From contig CBFFRQ010000042.1 in NCBI GenBank assembly GCA_965644315.1, positions 62,001-126,000 on the forward strand: DNA of 64,000 bases, written 5' to 3'. The stretch is from Caecitellus pseudoparvulus. Lineage: Eukaryota; Protista; Bigyra: Bicosoecida. The notes beneath the pieces were generated by a model. That model did not search any database and was not told where the DNA came from. It saw only the letters and a list, made by a program, of their open reading frames with translations. The translations under genes and the position numbers were made by a program. Shown piece after piece: positions 34,212 through 47,519 of the stretch (the first letter of the stretch is position 1; the number at the start of each line of letters is the position of its first letter).

Positions 34212-34953
34212 TCACTCTTCCGGCTTCCCAAGCACCACATCTTTGTCCTCAGGAGCCCCTGCTGCGTCTGAGCCCGCAGCTGGGGCGGGTATGGCGCCCG
34301 GCGGCGGAGCGAAGCCAGGCGGCAAGGGCATGCCTGGAGGCGGAGCCATGCCAGGTGGCATGGCAGGCATGGCTGCGTGCATGGGCGGGGCGCCAGGGAA
34401 GGGGCCGGGGCCTGGCATGGGCATGCCACCTGGGGGAGGCATAAAGCCCGGTCCGGGCCCTATTCCCGCGGGCGGACCAGCAGCGGGCTGGGAAGAGGGT
34501 CCCGCAAGCAACTGTGCGGCGGCCTCCCTGCGACACGGGGAGGCGGAGCAGTGGTGTGAGAACCGCGGCACCAGCCGGAGGCCCAGGCGCTACTTACTCA
34601 GGAGTCGGGATGCCAGCGAGTGGCGGCATGCCTTTCGGCGTCTTGGGCGTGGGTTGGGGCAACCGGTGCGGCGGGACGTAGCTCCCAAGAAACTGAGCAG
34701 GGAGGCAGCGGGTGTGTGACATCGTTGGCGGGGCTCAGACAATGCTGCACGCTGGGGGGCCTACCTGCTGAAAGAAGGCATTGTAGTTGTCCCTGTGCTT
34801 GTACCCATAGTTGTGTTGCTTTCGCCCTTTGAACTGCGTGAGCGGGAAGGAGCAGGGTGCGCCAGGTGCGGAAGTTGGCAGAGGCGCAGGTCTGCCACGC
34901 ACGCTGTCATGCTGGACGTAGGCGTCGCACACATCACAGTAGTACCGAGGCAT
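34212..34953 (-). CDS. SNRPC: U1 snRNP protein C
   Basis: 'MPRYYCDVCDAYVQHDS|FKGRKQHNYGYKHRDN' matrin-type zinc finger, Pro/Met/Gly-rich tail, 3 introns. Confidence 0.92.
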
Positions 34954-35425
34954 GTTGGCGGCACGCTTTGCAGGCCTTGGCACCGACCACTACCAGGCTT
35001 GGAGCGTTGTGGGTGCAGCAGCTCAAGCAGTGGCTTGTCGTGGCACACCAGAGCAAACTGGGACGACTGTCAGGCAGGGTGCAGCGGGAGTGCTCAAGCA
35101 GGATCCCGTGCTCTGCCAGGTTGGCGAGGTTTGAAGCGCCTTGCATGATTTGTCGTGTGCTGAGCGAATGCATGTCTGAGCCGCAGGCTCTTCGCGCCGG
35201 GTGAGTGGCAGTCGGCGCAGCGCCTGCCCTGCAGACACAACTAATCGTCGTCACTCCACGAGGGCTCTTTTTTGGGAGCTGCACAGTGTTTCGCCTTTCC
35301 GCCCTTGACAGTCCCACCGTCGCACTGTCGCGAAGCCAACCTCGTTGCGGAAATCGGCCCTGCGCGCAATAGACCAGCAAGGCGAACCCGAGCATTGTGC
35401 GAAGCCTCAAGTCCACGAAATCGCA

Positions 35426-35859
35426 ATGTCGACGCAACAACCAAAGCTTGCAGCAGTGAGTGGCTCCTAGGGGCACACGCTCGCGGTTCATGCGGTGCTG
35501 GCAAGCTGCTGGCGATCCTGTTCACGCTGTGCCGAGAGCCACGCCTTTTTCCCTGCCTGCCTGGACAGATTGAAGACCCCGCCAACGCGGATTTGGTGAC
35601 CTATGTCATGGAGGATGAAGACCACACACTTGGCAATGCGCTTCGGTACACCCTCATGCGCAGCAAAGACACTGCTTTCTGTGGCTACTCCGTCCCTCAC
35701 CCGACTGAGAGCCGCATCAACATCCGCCTGCAGACCACTGGGCGCCCAGCCCACGAGGTGATGCAAGAGGGCATTTCCAACCTGAAGGCTGCCAGCGACG
35801 CGATGGCCTCCGCATTCGATGCTGCCTTGGCTGACTTTGACGCGTCTAAGCAGCAATAA
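35426..35859 (+). CDS. RPC19: RNA polymerase I/III subunit RPAC2 (AC19/POLR1D)
   Basis: 'EDEDHTLGNALRY.LM..TAFCGYSVPHPTE.RINIRLQT'. First exon MSTQQPKLAA, intron 35456-35568. Confidence 0.92.
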
Positions 35860-36417
35860 CTGTGGCTTCCCACCGCCAACCTGTCTCCACTCGCTCACTG
35901 AGGGGTGAAGAAGCTCACGCACCTCGAACGCTGTGTAAATTCGCATGTGAAAAGAGTCATGCACTGCAGTGCGGCACCAGGCAGCGATCGTTGGCCACTG
36001 CAGGGGTGGCAGACGGAGCTGCGCAAGTGCGGAAATTGCCTGCTGCCTTTGCTCACGGCTTTCTGCAGCGCGAAGAGGGACGGATTTCCCACTCTCGTTG
36101 GCCAAAAGTCTGCATGCATGGCAAGCTAGGGACAGCACTGTGTGCGCTCAGTGCCAAACGGGGCAATGTTCCACGCTTGCGCAACAGTTGCTGCTTCAGG
36201 CGCAAGCGCAGCTCTTGTTTGAGGCTGGCTATTGCTCAATGCACGAAGGTACTGATGCAGCAGCCAAGCAGCAAGGATAAACACACGCTAGGGCTACTTA
36301 TCAGACTGGTATGGACCTGGCAAGCTCAAAGTGGGGCGCAGCAAGCGTTCGTGCGTGTGCTGCGGGCCGGCAGATGAATTTCCGCAAGGCTCCATGTGGC
36401 TGAGTGCGGTTCACACC

Positions 36418-36930
36418 TCACTCATCAGCACGGGCCTTCTTGGCAGGGCTCTTTCGAGCGCTCATGGAGCGTGTTGTTGGGGTGTGCCTGGGCTCCTCGT
36501 CCTCGGCAGGCTTCTCTTCCTCCCGAGCGCGCTTCTCGCCGCCAACTGCACTTGGCTCGCCGTCAGAACCAGCTGACGCTGCAGGTTCAGCGTAGCTTTC
36601 GTCATCAGACTCTGCCTCATCAGCTTCTGTGGGTGTATCCTTTTCCTCGGCTTCCTCTGCGGCGAGTTGGAGCATGTGCGTTGGCGTTGCAGCAAGTGCA
36701 GCGCACCTGCGCAGACGAACGCAGCAGCACAAACACTCACCCTCCGCCTGCGCTGCAGGCTCCTCCTTGTCAGGGGAAGGTGCTTCAATCGCAGCAGGCT
36801 TTTCATCAACTGCTGGGCTGTCAGAAGTCTTCTCCGTGGCCGGGCAATCCTTTACAGCATGGCCAGCGTCCACAGGAGCCTGCGCAGCGTCCGCTGCAGG
36901 TGCTGCTGAAGCCTCAGTCGTGCTTGCCAT
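36418..36930 (-). CDS. Small acidic disordered protein with basic C-terminal NLS-like tail
   Basis: Glu/Ala-rich ORF ending 'KSPAKKARADE'. Probable in-frame intron at about 36668-36742 (the Cys-rich insert). Confidence 0.6.
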   Translation of the reverse strand: MASTTEASAAPAADAAQAPVDAGHAVKDCPATEKTSDSPAVDEKPAAIEAPSPDKEEPAAQAEGECLCCCVRLRRCAALAATPTHMLQLAAEEAEEKDTPTEADEAESDDESYAEPAASAGSDGEPSAVGGEKRAREEEKPAEDEEPRHTPTTRSMSARKSPAKKARADE

Positions 36931-37480
36931 GTTGATTGCGAGTGGGTGGGAGATGTTGGAGACTTGGTGGCGATCTCGTGGTGATAGCTGTGAGGGACTT
37001 GAGGCGGCTGAGGTGATGTGAAGTTTTGCCGACCCCGGCTGAGTGCTGAATGCCTCAACTGCCGTGGCTGTGGCTTGTGCAGGGGGGGTACATGGGGAAT
37101 CCAGGGGGGGCGCTGCTTCTCACCTATCACACCTGCTGGAAGTCAGCTTCTTCTCCCGGACACAGCCAGGTCCTTGGGGCGGAGAGGACCCGGGAGCCTC
37201 CAGCATTCAGGGAGGAGCCTGGCACGCATGCGCTGCTGTCGTGTCCCTCAAAACAACGGCTGAGCACACATTTGCCTTGTCACGTTCACGAAGCCTGTGC
37301 CCGGATCCGCTCACCACCTGCGCTCGCGTTGGCCGCTGCTGCCACCAGTGCAAGTGCCTGTCGTGGTACATCGCCCACGGCTCAGCACACCTCACAATCC
37401 GCCCGGGTCGCAGGGGTTGAAGTGCAGCTGGCGTGCACATCGAGGCAGCGAAGACCGCCCAGGAATAATCAGCGATAAGC

Positions 37481-38691
37481 ATGGCTGATGTAAACCCCTT
37501 TGCAGCGCAAGACAACCCTTGGGCCGACGACGGCGGCGCACCAGCGCCCGCTTCGGCGGCGTCTGCTCCAAGTTCCGCTTCAGCCCCCGCCCCTGTCCCA
37601 GCCCCTGCGCCGTCACCCTTCGGCCAGGAGCCGCTGCCGTCTGACAACGTGCCTTCCTGGGATCAGGGTTCCACGCCCTCGCAGTCCTCTACAGCCGGTG
37701 CAACCCTGGGCGCTGGTCAGCCTCCCCCCAAGGCGGGCCAGCCAGAAGTGGGCTGTTGCCGGTCGTGCTTGAATGGCTTCGTGGCCTGCTGTGGTGGCTG
37801 TAACCACGCAGTGGCGTCACAGTGGTGGATTCTTGCCATCATTCTCGGCATTGTCGCTGCAGGGCTGCTGGCAATTTTCGGGTCCGCCTTCGCGTTCTAT
37901 GACCCTATCATCCGCGCCGGACACTGCCCGTCCGTTGACTGCTCCAGCTCCAGCTTTGACTGCACTGCAGTGGACCCTGGCTGCGCTGTCTTGCTGACCA
38001 AGATCTCAGAGAACCAGTGCACCTGCAAGGCGCCTTGCTCTGACAGCAGTTGGAGCGAGTACCGACCTGTGTCCTTCTCGGTGAAGCTGACCACGGACGG
38101 CAAGCGTGGCAACTTGTTCTGCCCCTGGCCGTCCCGCAACTTTGACTGGCGAGTGTCTGCGTCAAGCATCGGCCCCTCTTTCCTCATCTTCGTTATTGTT
38201 GCGTTGTTCAAGGGATGGAGCTGTGAGTATCCCCGCGCCCTGCCCCCACACACGCCCTGCCGGCTCACAACGTGCGTTCCCCACGTCCAACCGCAGCATA
38301 CCTGTGGGTGCTGGGCACGGGCGTGTTTGGGCTGGGTGGCGTCTTCTTCTATATCTTTGCCTCTGACACTGGCGCCTTGCTGACCGCCCAGACCGAATGC
38401 CACAACAACTACAAGACCATCGCAGATGTGAACCCTGCACTGGACCTCAAGTGCGAGTATGCCTTTGCTGTCTGGACTGTGCTCGGCTCCACAGCAGCTT
38501 GTGTGCTGCTTGGATGGACAGGCATCCTTCTCTGCCTGCACGGCAGGCACTACGCCTCCAGCCGAGCTGCAGCCATGGCTGCAGCCCAGCCACCGCCAAC
38601 TGCACCTGCTGGCGCTGGCGCGCCCTCTGCACCTGCTGGCTCATACGAGCCACCCACAGACAACCCCTTCGAAACTGGGCGAAAATACTAA
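37481..38691 (+). CDS. Four-TM membrane protein with Cys-rich loop and terminal NPF motifs
   Basis: Two ORFs joined by an intron at about 38224-38296. Four hydrophobic segments, Cys-rich first loop, N-terminal NPF/NPW and C-terminal DNPF. Confidence 0.65.
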
Positions 38692-39004
38692 TCGAAAGAG
38701 GTTGTGATGACATGAATGCACCTCGTGGTGTAAACTGGGCAGCACAGCAGGCGCTGACCACTGCGGGTTGCACCTGGGCTTGCCTTGCGCTCGTGGCGTG
38801 AGTGCTGCGACCGCGCACAATCGCTGCGCAGCGCCACTACTGTGCACTTCAGGGTGAACAGCTGTGTGACGAAATGCCTGGACTTCAAAGTATCGGCGCT
38901 GAATCTCACCAAGGCTGAGTCCACAGCCCCCCTAACGCTCTCACACTCGCTGGCTTGGCTGGCTGCTGCCACCGCCCCTGTCCTGCAGCTTTCGAGGGAG
39001 CAAA

Positions 39005-42000
39005 ATGGCGGAGGCAGGTGCCACCAGCATGGAAACAGTGATAGATGTGTACTCTACACAGCTCGTGTGCGTTTCGGATCTTAAAATTGTACGATCGCAC
39101 TCCCGCAGCTGCAGCGTTTCGGCGACGTTTCAGCATCCGTTAGCACTGCATTTGCGCCTGTTGTGCAGGGCCCAGGAGTTAAGTTCATCTTCGCCGAGGA
39201 CAACTTCCTTTCAGATGAGCAGCTGAATGTCAGTACTTTGCTGGGGTGCCTCTTCCGTGTTCCTTGGCCCCGCACTCCGCTCTCCCTGCCTGGCTCGCCT
39301 TCTCCCAGTCTTTGCCAAGCGCTCCCGGACTGCAGGGGCTCTTCCTCGCCGGGAACAGTATTACCGGGCAGGAACTGCGCTTGCCTAGCTCAAGCTGCCC
39401 AGAACTTGTGACCCTGCAGCTGTCAAGGAATCCCATCGACGCCTTCCCTCCCATTGCTGGCCTGCCCATGCTGCAGTGTCTGCTGCTAGACAACGCGGAG
39501 CTGCAGGGTTCCCCTGCGGAGGGGCCTCGCAGCAGCAGTCTAGCCATGCTGTCTCTGCGGAACAACCACCTATCAGCCCTGCGCTGGCTGTCGGAAGATG
39601 CCCTGCCCCGGCTCCTTGTCCTGGACGTGGACGGGAATCCGCTCGGCGAGGCCGGCCTCACGCAGTGGCCTCAGCTGCCCTCGCTACGGCACGTTTCCGC
39701 ACGGCGGTGTGGTCTGGCCACACCCGTGGGAAGAGCAACCCCTCGCTGGCGCTTGCCCCTCCTGCAATCGGTGCGCCTGGATGGCAACGCCCTGACGCAG
39801 GTGGGCTTCTTGTCAGCGTGCTCGGCCCTGCAGCGCCTGTCCCTCGCGCACAACGCCATTCAGGAACTTCCCGATCTCAGCGCAGCAGCGCTTACTCTGC
39901 AGTACCTTGACATTGCACACAATGCCATTGAAGGCTGTGGTGGCCTGGCGGGCCTCTCAGCCTTGCAGGTCTGCCACCTGCGGCACAACGCGCTGCGAGA
40001 CCTGCCTGCTGCGCTGCAGGTCCTGGCCTTGCTGCCGGAACTTTTTGCCGTGAGCATCCTTGGCAACCCTTGCACCCTGGGGGCATACCCTGTTGAGCCG
40101 GCTGTCGTATCAGACGCGCTGCTCGCCGTGGCCCGCCGTGCCGGCTCTGCAGCTCAGCAGGCAGAGGCGCTGTTGCCAGAAGTCGGGGCCCGGGGCATGC
40201 TAGCGTCCCTGAGCGCAGCGCAGCAGCACAGCGTTCATGACAGCACAGCCTCTGCAGCGTCGGGGCCGGTGTCCATGGAAAGCCAGCGCAGGAGCTGGGC
40301 GAGGCTGGCAGATCCGCTCATCGTGCACCCCACCGCTGCCGAGACAAGGCATGGTCTGCAGCTTGGCCTGCCCATTCGAACTGTTGTGTCAGAGCACGTG
40401 GAGTCTGCCTGCGCATCGTTTAAAGCACGGATGCCACACGCAGGTGGCTACGCTGAGGCTGGGGGCGCGGCTGGGCACCCCCCCCCCCTCTCTTTTGCCG
40501 ACTACGCCCGGCACTGCATGGCCATGGCACGGCAGATGGCAGGGCCGCAAGGAAGTGTGCTCGATGGTACGGTGGGTAGCTTGAGTTCTATTGATGATGG
40601 AGGGTCCTTCCCCGATTTAGTGCCTGGCGCGGTGGTGTTTGTCAACGGCAGCGCTGTGTCGCCCCCTGAGGCCATGCGCACGGCTCTTGGGAAGACAAAA
40701 CTGCTTCGCGCCGCCTTGCTCGTGGCATGCCCGCACCTCAGCTGGCTGGATGGCATCCTCGTCACTGATGCGGAGAGGGAGGGTGCCCAGGCCTGCCTAG
40801 CAGACAAGGCGGGCATTCGTGGAAGGGATGACTTGCTTTCCAGCCCAGGAAGTACAAGCCTTTTGCAAGCACTTACAAGGACAGGGGATGAAAAGCGCAA
40901 GGGCGCCGCCCAGGCTGCCCGGCCACCGGCAGCGCCTCAAGACGAGGGGGCCCCAATTACGTCTGCCGCCACAGTGGGGCCAGCACAGTCTGATGTCACC
41001 CGCTCCACTCCTCAGAAGGTTCGCGGACAGCCTCCCCAAGACAAGGGGCAACGACGTTTTGCATCTCCCACTGCAAGCTCTCAGAGAAGGTCTCAGTTGG
41101 TCGCCGCAGAGGGCCAGCAGCGTGTGCTGAAGGCGGCAGCTGGGCAGCTCGGGGCAGGCGTGAGTACCTTGGCGGCCACACGAGCTGCAGCTGTTCCTGT
41201 GTCTCGGGCGATTGGAGGAGGTGGCGGTACGATGAAGGTGGTGGATCAGGCAGCACCTTCAGCGCGGGGGCCACTGTGGCAGCAGGCAGTTGAAGGCAGC
41301 AAGGTGGTTGGGACGCCCGGCCGGGACACTACTCTGCAGAGTGGAGTGCACGGCTACGCAGAAGCAAGCACTGTTGCGCTGGCCCTGCAGCATGACAGCA
41401 CCCCCACGCCAGCTACGCAGTCAGAAGCATCGGAGTCGGACTCTGACTCTCAACCTGGCCCGGGCCTATCCCCGGCAGCTCTCCAGGGGCCCACCCGGCG
41501 ACCAGCAGGCCTCCCTTCCAACCATACACCCATGTCATGCAAGCGTTCTGTGCCGCCACCCGATGCCGAGCCAGGTTCTCCACATGCAGTGAAGGCTGCG
41601 CGTGGTGGTGTTGCCTTTGCTATCCCCACTGACTCTCGAGCACATAGCAGCCGACGGCCAGCTTCCCCAAGTCCGAAGCAAGGCCTCCCGACTGGAGAGC
41701 AGCCGGTGGTACGGACTCCACCTGCTCCAGGAGCAGCTCCTGCCACGCAGCCATCGCCAGTCGATGCCAGGGGCACAGCGCGGGACTTGCAGCATGAATT
41801 GCTCGCGCAAGCAGGCGGCACCTCACATGCCCATGCCTCGACCCCCCAGCAGGCTGAATCTGTGGAAGATGCGCATGAGACACAACCAGCGGGCGTGCGT
41901 TCGCCGGTCCGCACCCTGTCTGCTTCGACATCATCCCAGCGACCAGCCCAGGCCGTACAAGGGCAAGCGTCGGTGCACCGCAGGACCATGGTGGTGGATG

Positions 42001-45000
42001 CTCAGCATGATGCGTCAACAACTATCCTCGGTACGCACATTCCATCTGGAAGCCCTGGTCGGTGGGAGGTGCGGGGGAAGTACAGTGCCTTGCACGACCC
42101 TGACCTTCAACCCACGGTGCCTGCAGGCAAGCCGGCGGCAATGGCAAATGGCCACGCGCATGGGGCATCACCCTCTGCTCCAGGCGCGGCGCAGCGAGAC
42201 TCCCCTGCTGTGAAGGCAGTTGACAACATCGGCGTCACGTCAGGCAGGGCTTCTCCGATGCCACGCCCCCGCCAAGCAGCCTCCAGGAATCCCACCACGT
42301 CCAGCCCAACGCCATCACCCAGGAAACGTCCTGATGTCCGTAGCACTGCAGCGGCGCAGGTGCCCAGATCCTCGAAGCGGAGCAAGGGTGCCAGCAGCTC
42401 CCCATCGCGACCACGACGGACGCCGCCACGTCACAGCAAGGGCTTGGCAGCGTGGGCAAGCCCCGCCAGGATTGCGCACAGCCCTAAACCTCAGCCAGTT
42501 CACGTGTCGCTGAGCGAAACGCAAGGCTCTGTGGACTTGAAGCGCTTTACCCAGCGCCGACCACGCACCCCTGCTACGCGGCGGTCGCCCAGAAGAGAGC
42601 CGCTGTCCCCGGCGGGACACATGCACGCCTCTCGGGCGCACCGATACCTGCAAGTTCTGGATCGAGCAGATGCAGTGCTGCAGGACCACCGAAACTGGTC
42701 AAAGGGGTCCGCTGCCTCGACCCACACTCAGCACGAGTCACGATCCCAGCCGCCACAAGACAGCCTTTCTTCAGAGCTGCCTCCCTCGCCACAGGAGCAC
42801 CCTCACCTACCAGCCAGTCCGAAAGCAGATGCCGCCCCATCAGGGGTGGCGTCGCCCGACCTGCAAGCCCCATCCCACGCTCACGCGATGAAGGCCGTCT
42901 CAGACGCCGCAGCAGCTATGCGGTGCATGGCAGAGCACCTCGCCAGCCCCCCTAGGCAGCAAGGGCGTGATGAAAGCCTGCCCACAGACTTGGGCGAGCC
43001 TGCATTGCCTGAGTCGCCCGCGACGGTTAGATCTCCACCTGCTGTCTCGCCACCACGCGCTCTGCATCGAGCACGGGCACCTGTCCGGCCGCTGCCTGCA
43101 GGTGGGGCTACGTCACCCCCTTTGTCTGTCTCGGAACAAGGCACGCCTGTGCAAGATGCTGCAGCAGCCCAACGCGACCAACATGCAGAGCAAGCCGCCA
43201 AAGAGGCAGTTCCTGCGCCAGTGGAATCATCGTCCACCCGATCAGTTGGCGTTGGGATGAGCCCAAGCGCCGTTCAAGCTGGGGGCACCCCCCCACAAGG
43301 CGGTTTCGACCACCCCCAGCCCCTAGGCGACCCACTGCGCAGCTTGTCACAGCGGCCGGATTTGCATCCCGTTACCCAACAGCCTGCCGTGTTCCCAGAG
43401 CATGCAGACATTGTTGCAGGCATTCGTGACTTGCGCTCGGCTTCAGCCGCTCTCGCAGAAGACGGAGTGCAGCCACGGCATCCTCCAGGAAGCCTTGCCA
43501 GTGAAGTCGCCACGAGGCCCCGTGCCCCACTCATTCCTCCCCTGGACCCAGCAACGGATGTCCGCCAGCCATCCTCAACTACACAGGCTTCACGAGTTGA
43601 GCGCTCGCCGTCTGCATCTGAGAGCAGCGACTCAGAGGAGCACTCAGGCTCCGGCTCTGACACATCCTCCAGCTCTGGTAGTGACTCAGAAGCATCTCCA
43701 CAATCAAGCTCGCGCTCTGGTGGTGTTCCCGCTGGAAGGTCCTCCCCCGCGGCTGCTGGCGCTCCACAAGGAAATGCCGGCGTGCAGTACATGGTTGTGC
43801 CAACCCACTGGCCACTGCACCCGGCATGGAAGGCGCCGGCAGCTGCGCCTTCACACGCAGCGACTCAACCAGCAGCCCAAGCCCAGCAACGTGCTGCGAG
43901 ACCTACTCCTAGCATGGATGCCCCCCCCGACCATGTGTCTGAAGCAGGCCACAGCACGCGCTCTCAGCGTGCTGATGTGGAGGGCCTGCAGGCAGGGTGG
44001 GCAGCGATGCGGGAGCGAAGCGCCTCCCGTGCAGCAAGCATCATTGCGCCTGACCGAGAGGCCCGTGCGGTGCCAAGCCAGGCTCCCATTCACGTGCACG
44101 TACACATGGAAGGGGGAGCGAACAAGGCCCCTGCCCCAGCAGCGACACTGCCTTCTGAATTCCAGGAAATGACCCAGACTCTCAAGCACCTGCAAGAACA
44201 GCGGCAGGTGGAGACTGCTGGCGTTGCTGCTGAAGCTCGCCAGGCCAGGGGGCTTGCAGAGGAGGCGCTCCTGGCAGTGCGGGGCCTGGCCGAGGCGCAC
44301 ATGGAGGGCGCTCTCAGTGAGCAAGAAGCGGCGGACGCAGAGTTCATGCAGTCCCAGCAGGAAGAGCTGCACGCTGAACGGCTCGAGCTTCAGGAAGCTA
44401 AGCAAGAGCTTGCTCGTGAGCGGCAACGGCAGCAGGACCAGTGGGAAGCAGATCGGCGGGAGCAAGCCTGGCAGGCTGAGAGAGCTGAGTTGCAGCGCAA
44501 GGCTGACGAAGCACAGGCTAAACTGGAAGCCGAGCAAGCCACGCTTGCCGCAGCCATTCTCGCCCGCACCCAGCACTACCAAGAGGGGCACATGGGTGGA
44601 CCACACCAGCCAGCACAAGCTGCTACGGAAGCACAAGTCTCTGGAGCGGGGCGCATTGCACCTGCACCGGCAGGGGATTCTGACGTGCTGAAAGCAGCTG
44701 CTGCGGCTCGCGCTGAGCTGTATAAATCTGCTTCCCATCGAGCAACGGTTGGCCGGGTGCTTGCTCGGGCGCCTAGGTTGATGTCAAGGCAAGATGCAAG
44801 CCTGGCAGCTGCGGCGGCTTCCGCTGTCGCAAGGGCGTCCCCGCCCAGGGTCTCTGACTCAGGGATGCAGAGGGCAGGTGCACCTTCTTCTCCACAAGGG
44901 CCAGCATACGTCGTTCGCATGGTAAGCGGCAGTGGGGCTGCGTCCCCTTCCTCGTCATCCGTGCGCCCCCCACCCGACCCCCGCCGCCTGCGGGCCAAGT

Positions 45001-47474
45001 CTTCCACAAACCTGCAGCACAGCACTGCGGCATCTACGCAACCCCTCATGGGCACCGAACCTGCCTTGGATTCCCCTTCAGAAGACAGACAGGCACCCCG
45101 TCCACAAGGTGCGCGTGCATCGAGCAAGTGGTGGCATGCTGTCGACTCAGGCTCGAAACCAGCGCAGCCCGAGGAGAGCAAGCAAGGATCCCTAGATTCC
45201 TGGACTCATCCCAGCACTGCTCCACCGTTGCACCGTGATATGCTTGTCGGCGATGGTCGCCAGACGTACAGCTTGTCGATGGACGACTCCGGAGACCGCA
45301 CTGCACCAAGCGGAGTCGGCGCCCACCACTCTGTGGCCATCGTGTCACCAGTTGCTCTGGAAGCAGGGAGCGGCCCGCAGCCTACCACCAGCCGTGATAC
45401 CTCACCCTCTTCGGTTGTGGGCCAGCAAGTGGAGGGGGTCCTTGCAGACCTGCACTCACGTGTCCGCTCTGTTGTGAAGCACGCGATGCGGACCTCGCGC
45501 AGCAGCGAAGCGCGCGCTTCGCTGGCTTCGCCTCCGCGCCGCTCCGCATCGCGTTCACCAGCACGCAGTCGAAGTGGCAGGAGGTATTCTGGAACAGGGG
45601 GTGGGAATGTCGACATGAAGCGCTTTGTCGGCGTGGGGCCAGTAACTCAGCATGAAGTGCGCGAAGCGGATCGTGTGGCAGCTGGAAGCCTCCCGCAGGG
45701 CGGCGCCTCCTTACGCCGTGGAGACCTCGATGCAGCCCTGGCCTCCATATCTGCGCGCATGACTGGCCTCTCCGAGGCAGGTTTGCTGTCTCCGCGGCGC
45801 GATACGCTCCACACTGAGCGTGACGAAGCCAGCTTGTATTCACATGACCCTGTTCTTACGGGCATGGCAGGAACGACACTTCGACGGGGCGAGCGGACGC
45901 CCAGCAGGGGTTCCGTCCATGCAAGTGACTTTGTGTCGGCGTCAGGAGCCTCGACCCCTGGCCGCGCTGTGCAGCTGAAGCCGGATGGCATGAGTGTCGC
46001 TTCTGGGCCTGACGAGCAGCTCTCGCCTCAAGACGAGCTGCCAGCTGGCACACAGCAGCAAGAGGATGATGCCTCAGTGTTGAGCAAAGGAACAGTAGCA
46101 TCTGCGTTGGCTGCGGCAGTGACTCAGGCAACGCAGAATGCGGTGCAGCGCATTCTGGGGCAGCGCTCTGCCTCAAGTGCCTCACAAAGCCAAGTCGAGC
46201 GGAAGGGTGCTTCCTCGCAGAGATTTCTCCGCACAAGTGGTGAGCCCAAGAAGAACCAGCCCACGCGTACCGCCCAGCGTTCCGGCTCAGACCGAGCATC
46301 AGCAGTTCGACCCACGGCACACTCACGAGCGATCGAGCTGGCCACGGCGAGAACCCGGGCGTTCGGTCAAGCAGGGCGGCGATCCAGTGCCTCCAGCCGA
46401 CGCAGCAAGGGCAGCAGTGGCAGCACCACATTCGCTTGGCGGCAGAAAGTCAAAGCTGCTGCCGAAGCTGCGAGGGCGCGAGTGGAGGCTGGCAAGGCAG
46501 TTGCAGCTCGCAACTCAGCGTATGCTCGACAGCAGCGCCGGCGGGACGAGCCGCTCTGGGGCGCAGCTCCTCTCGACACAGATCCCGGGCTTGGGGGAAC
46601 GATTCTGACGGGACGTGAGGATGCTGCAGCTGCAGGTGGAGTTCTTGCTGCTTCTCGGGCAGGCCATGGCTCGTCGCTGGCCTCCACGGCACGCTTTGCA
46701 GGGCAGTTGAGGGGCTACAATCCCATGCCGCCTCGGGCGCCCCACCCAGCCCCAAAGTCTGGCAAGAAACGCGCAAGGCGCGGTGAGCCAAAGCGAGCAC
46801 CACCCCCCGAGTCCCTTGCAAGCGATGTGCGGTTTGAACAAGATGACGACCTGGCAAGCCAACTCACTGAAGTGTCAGTGTTTGAGCGCGCACGTGCGAG
46901 CCGTCAGATGGTGGACGATGCCCTTGCCCAAGCCAGCGCCTCTGGGCATCGGCCATCCTTGCCCTACGCTCGCCAAGACCCGCCGCCGCACTCCGGACCT
47001 GAGCTGTGGAGAGTCACGGACTTGGGGGGCCAGCAAGGGCACACTGTGCAGGTTGGCAGCGGGGCGGGCAGCATGCGCACGGCGGCGTCGTCCGAAGACG
47101 TGGACCTACTGCACTTGCTGTCCCGCTTGCCAGAACAAGGAAAGGTGGGGTCAGCTCCTACGTCGACTCGGAGCCCAGTTGAAACGCCAAGTGTGCCTGC
47201 TCCTTCGATGACTCGCGTGCCTGCCCCCGCCCCAGCGCCTTCACGCCTGGTTCAGCGAGCTCTTGATCAGGCGCAGTCCCTGGACGACAGTGTATTCGCA
47301 GAAGACATGGAGCCCGAAGAACACGTCGCCGCAGCCCAAGCGACCCTGGGAGGCATGCGGTCCGGCCAAGACAGCGGAGATGTCATGGTTCACATTCAGG
47401 GTGTGGCACGGGATGGCGAGGAGCTGGATCGCATGCTTGCGCAGATAACATCAGACTTGAGCAGCTCAACGTGA
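39005..47474 (+). CDS. Giant leucine-rich repeat protein (N-terminal LRRs, central coiled coil, long disordered regions)
   Basis: About 10 LxxLxLxxN repeats and an LRR cap ('GNPC..CPHLSWLDG..VT..ER') in a >2700-codon ORF. Two short 5' exons from ATG 39005. Confidence 0.8.
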
Positions 47475-47519
47475 GCGGCAGAAGCGGTGGGAATGCATTT
47501 TGGCACTTCACGGCAGACA

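Noticed and set aside
38704-38760. GTGATGA...CTGA pair resembling a C/D snoRNA
   Set aside because: Lies in a 3' UTR, has only a trivial terminal stem, and the would-be guide is sense rather than antisense to rRNA.
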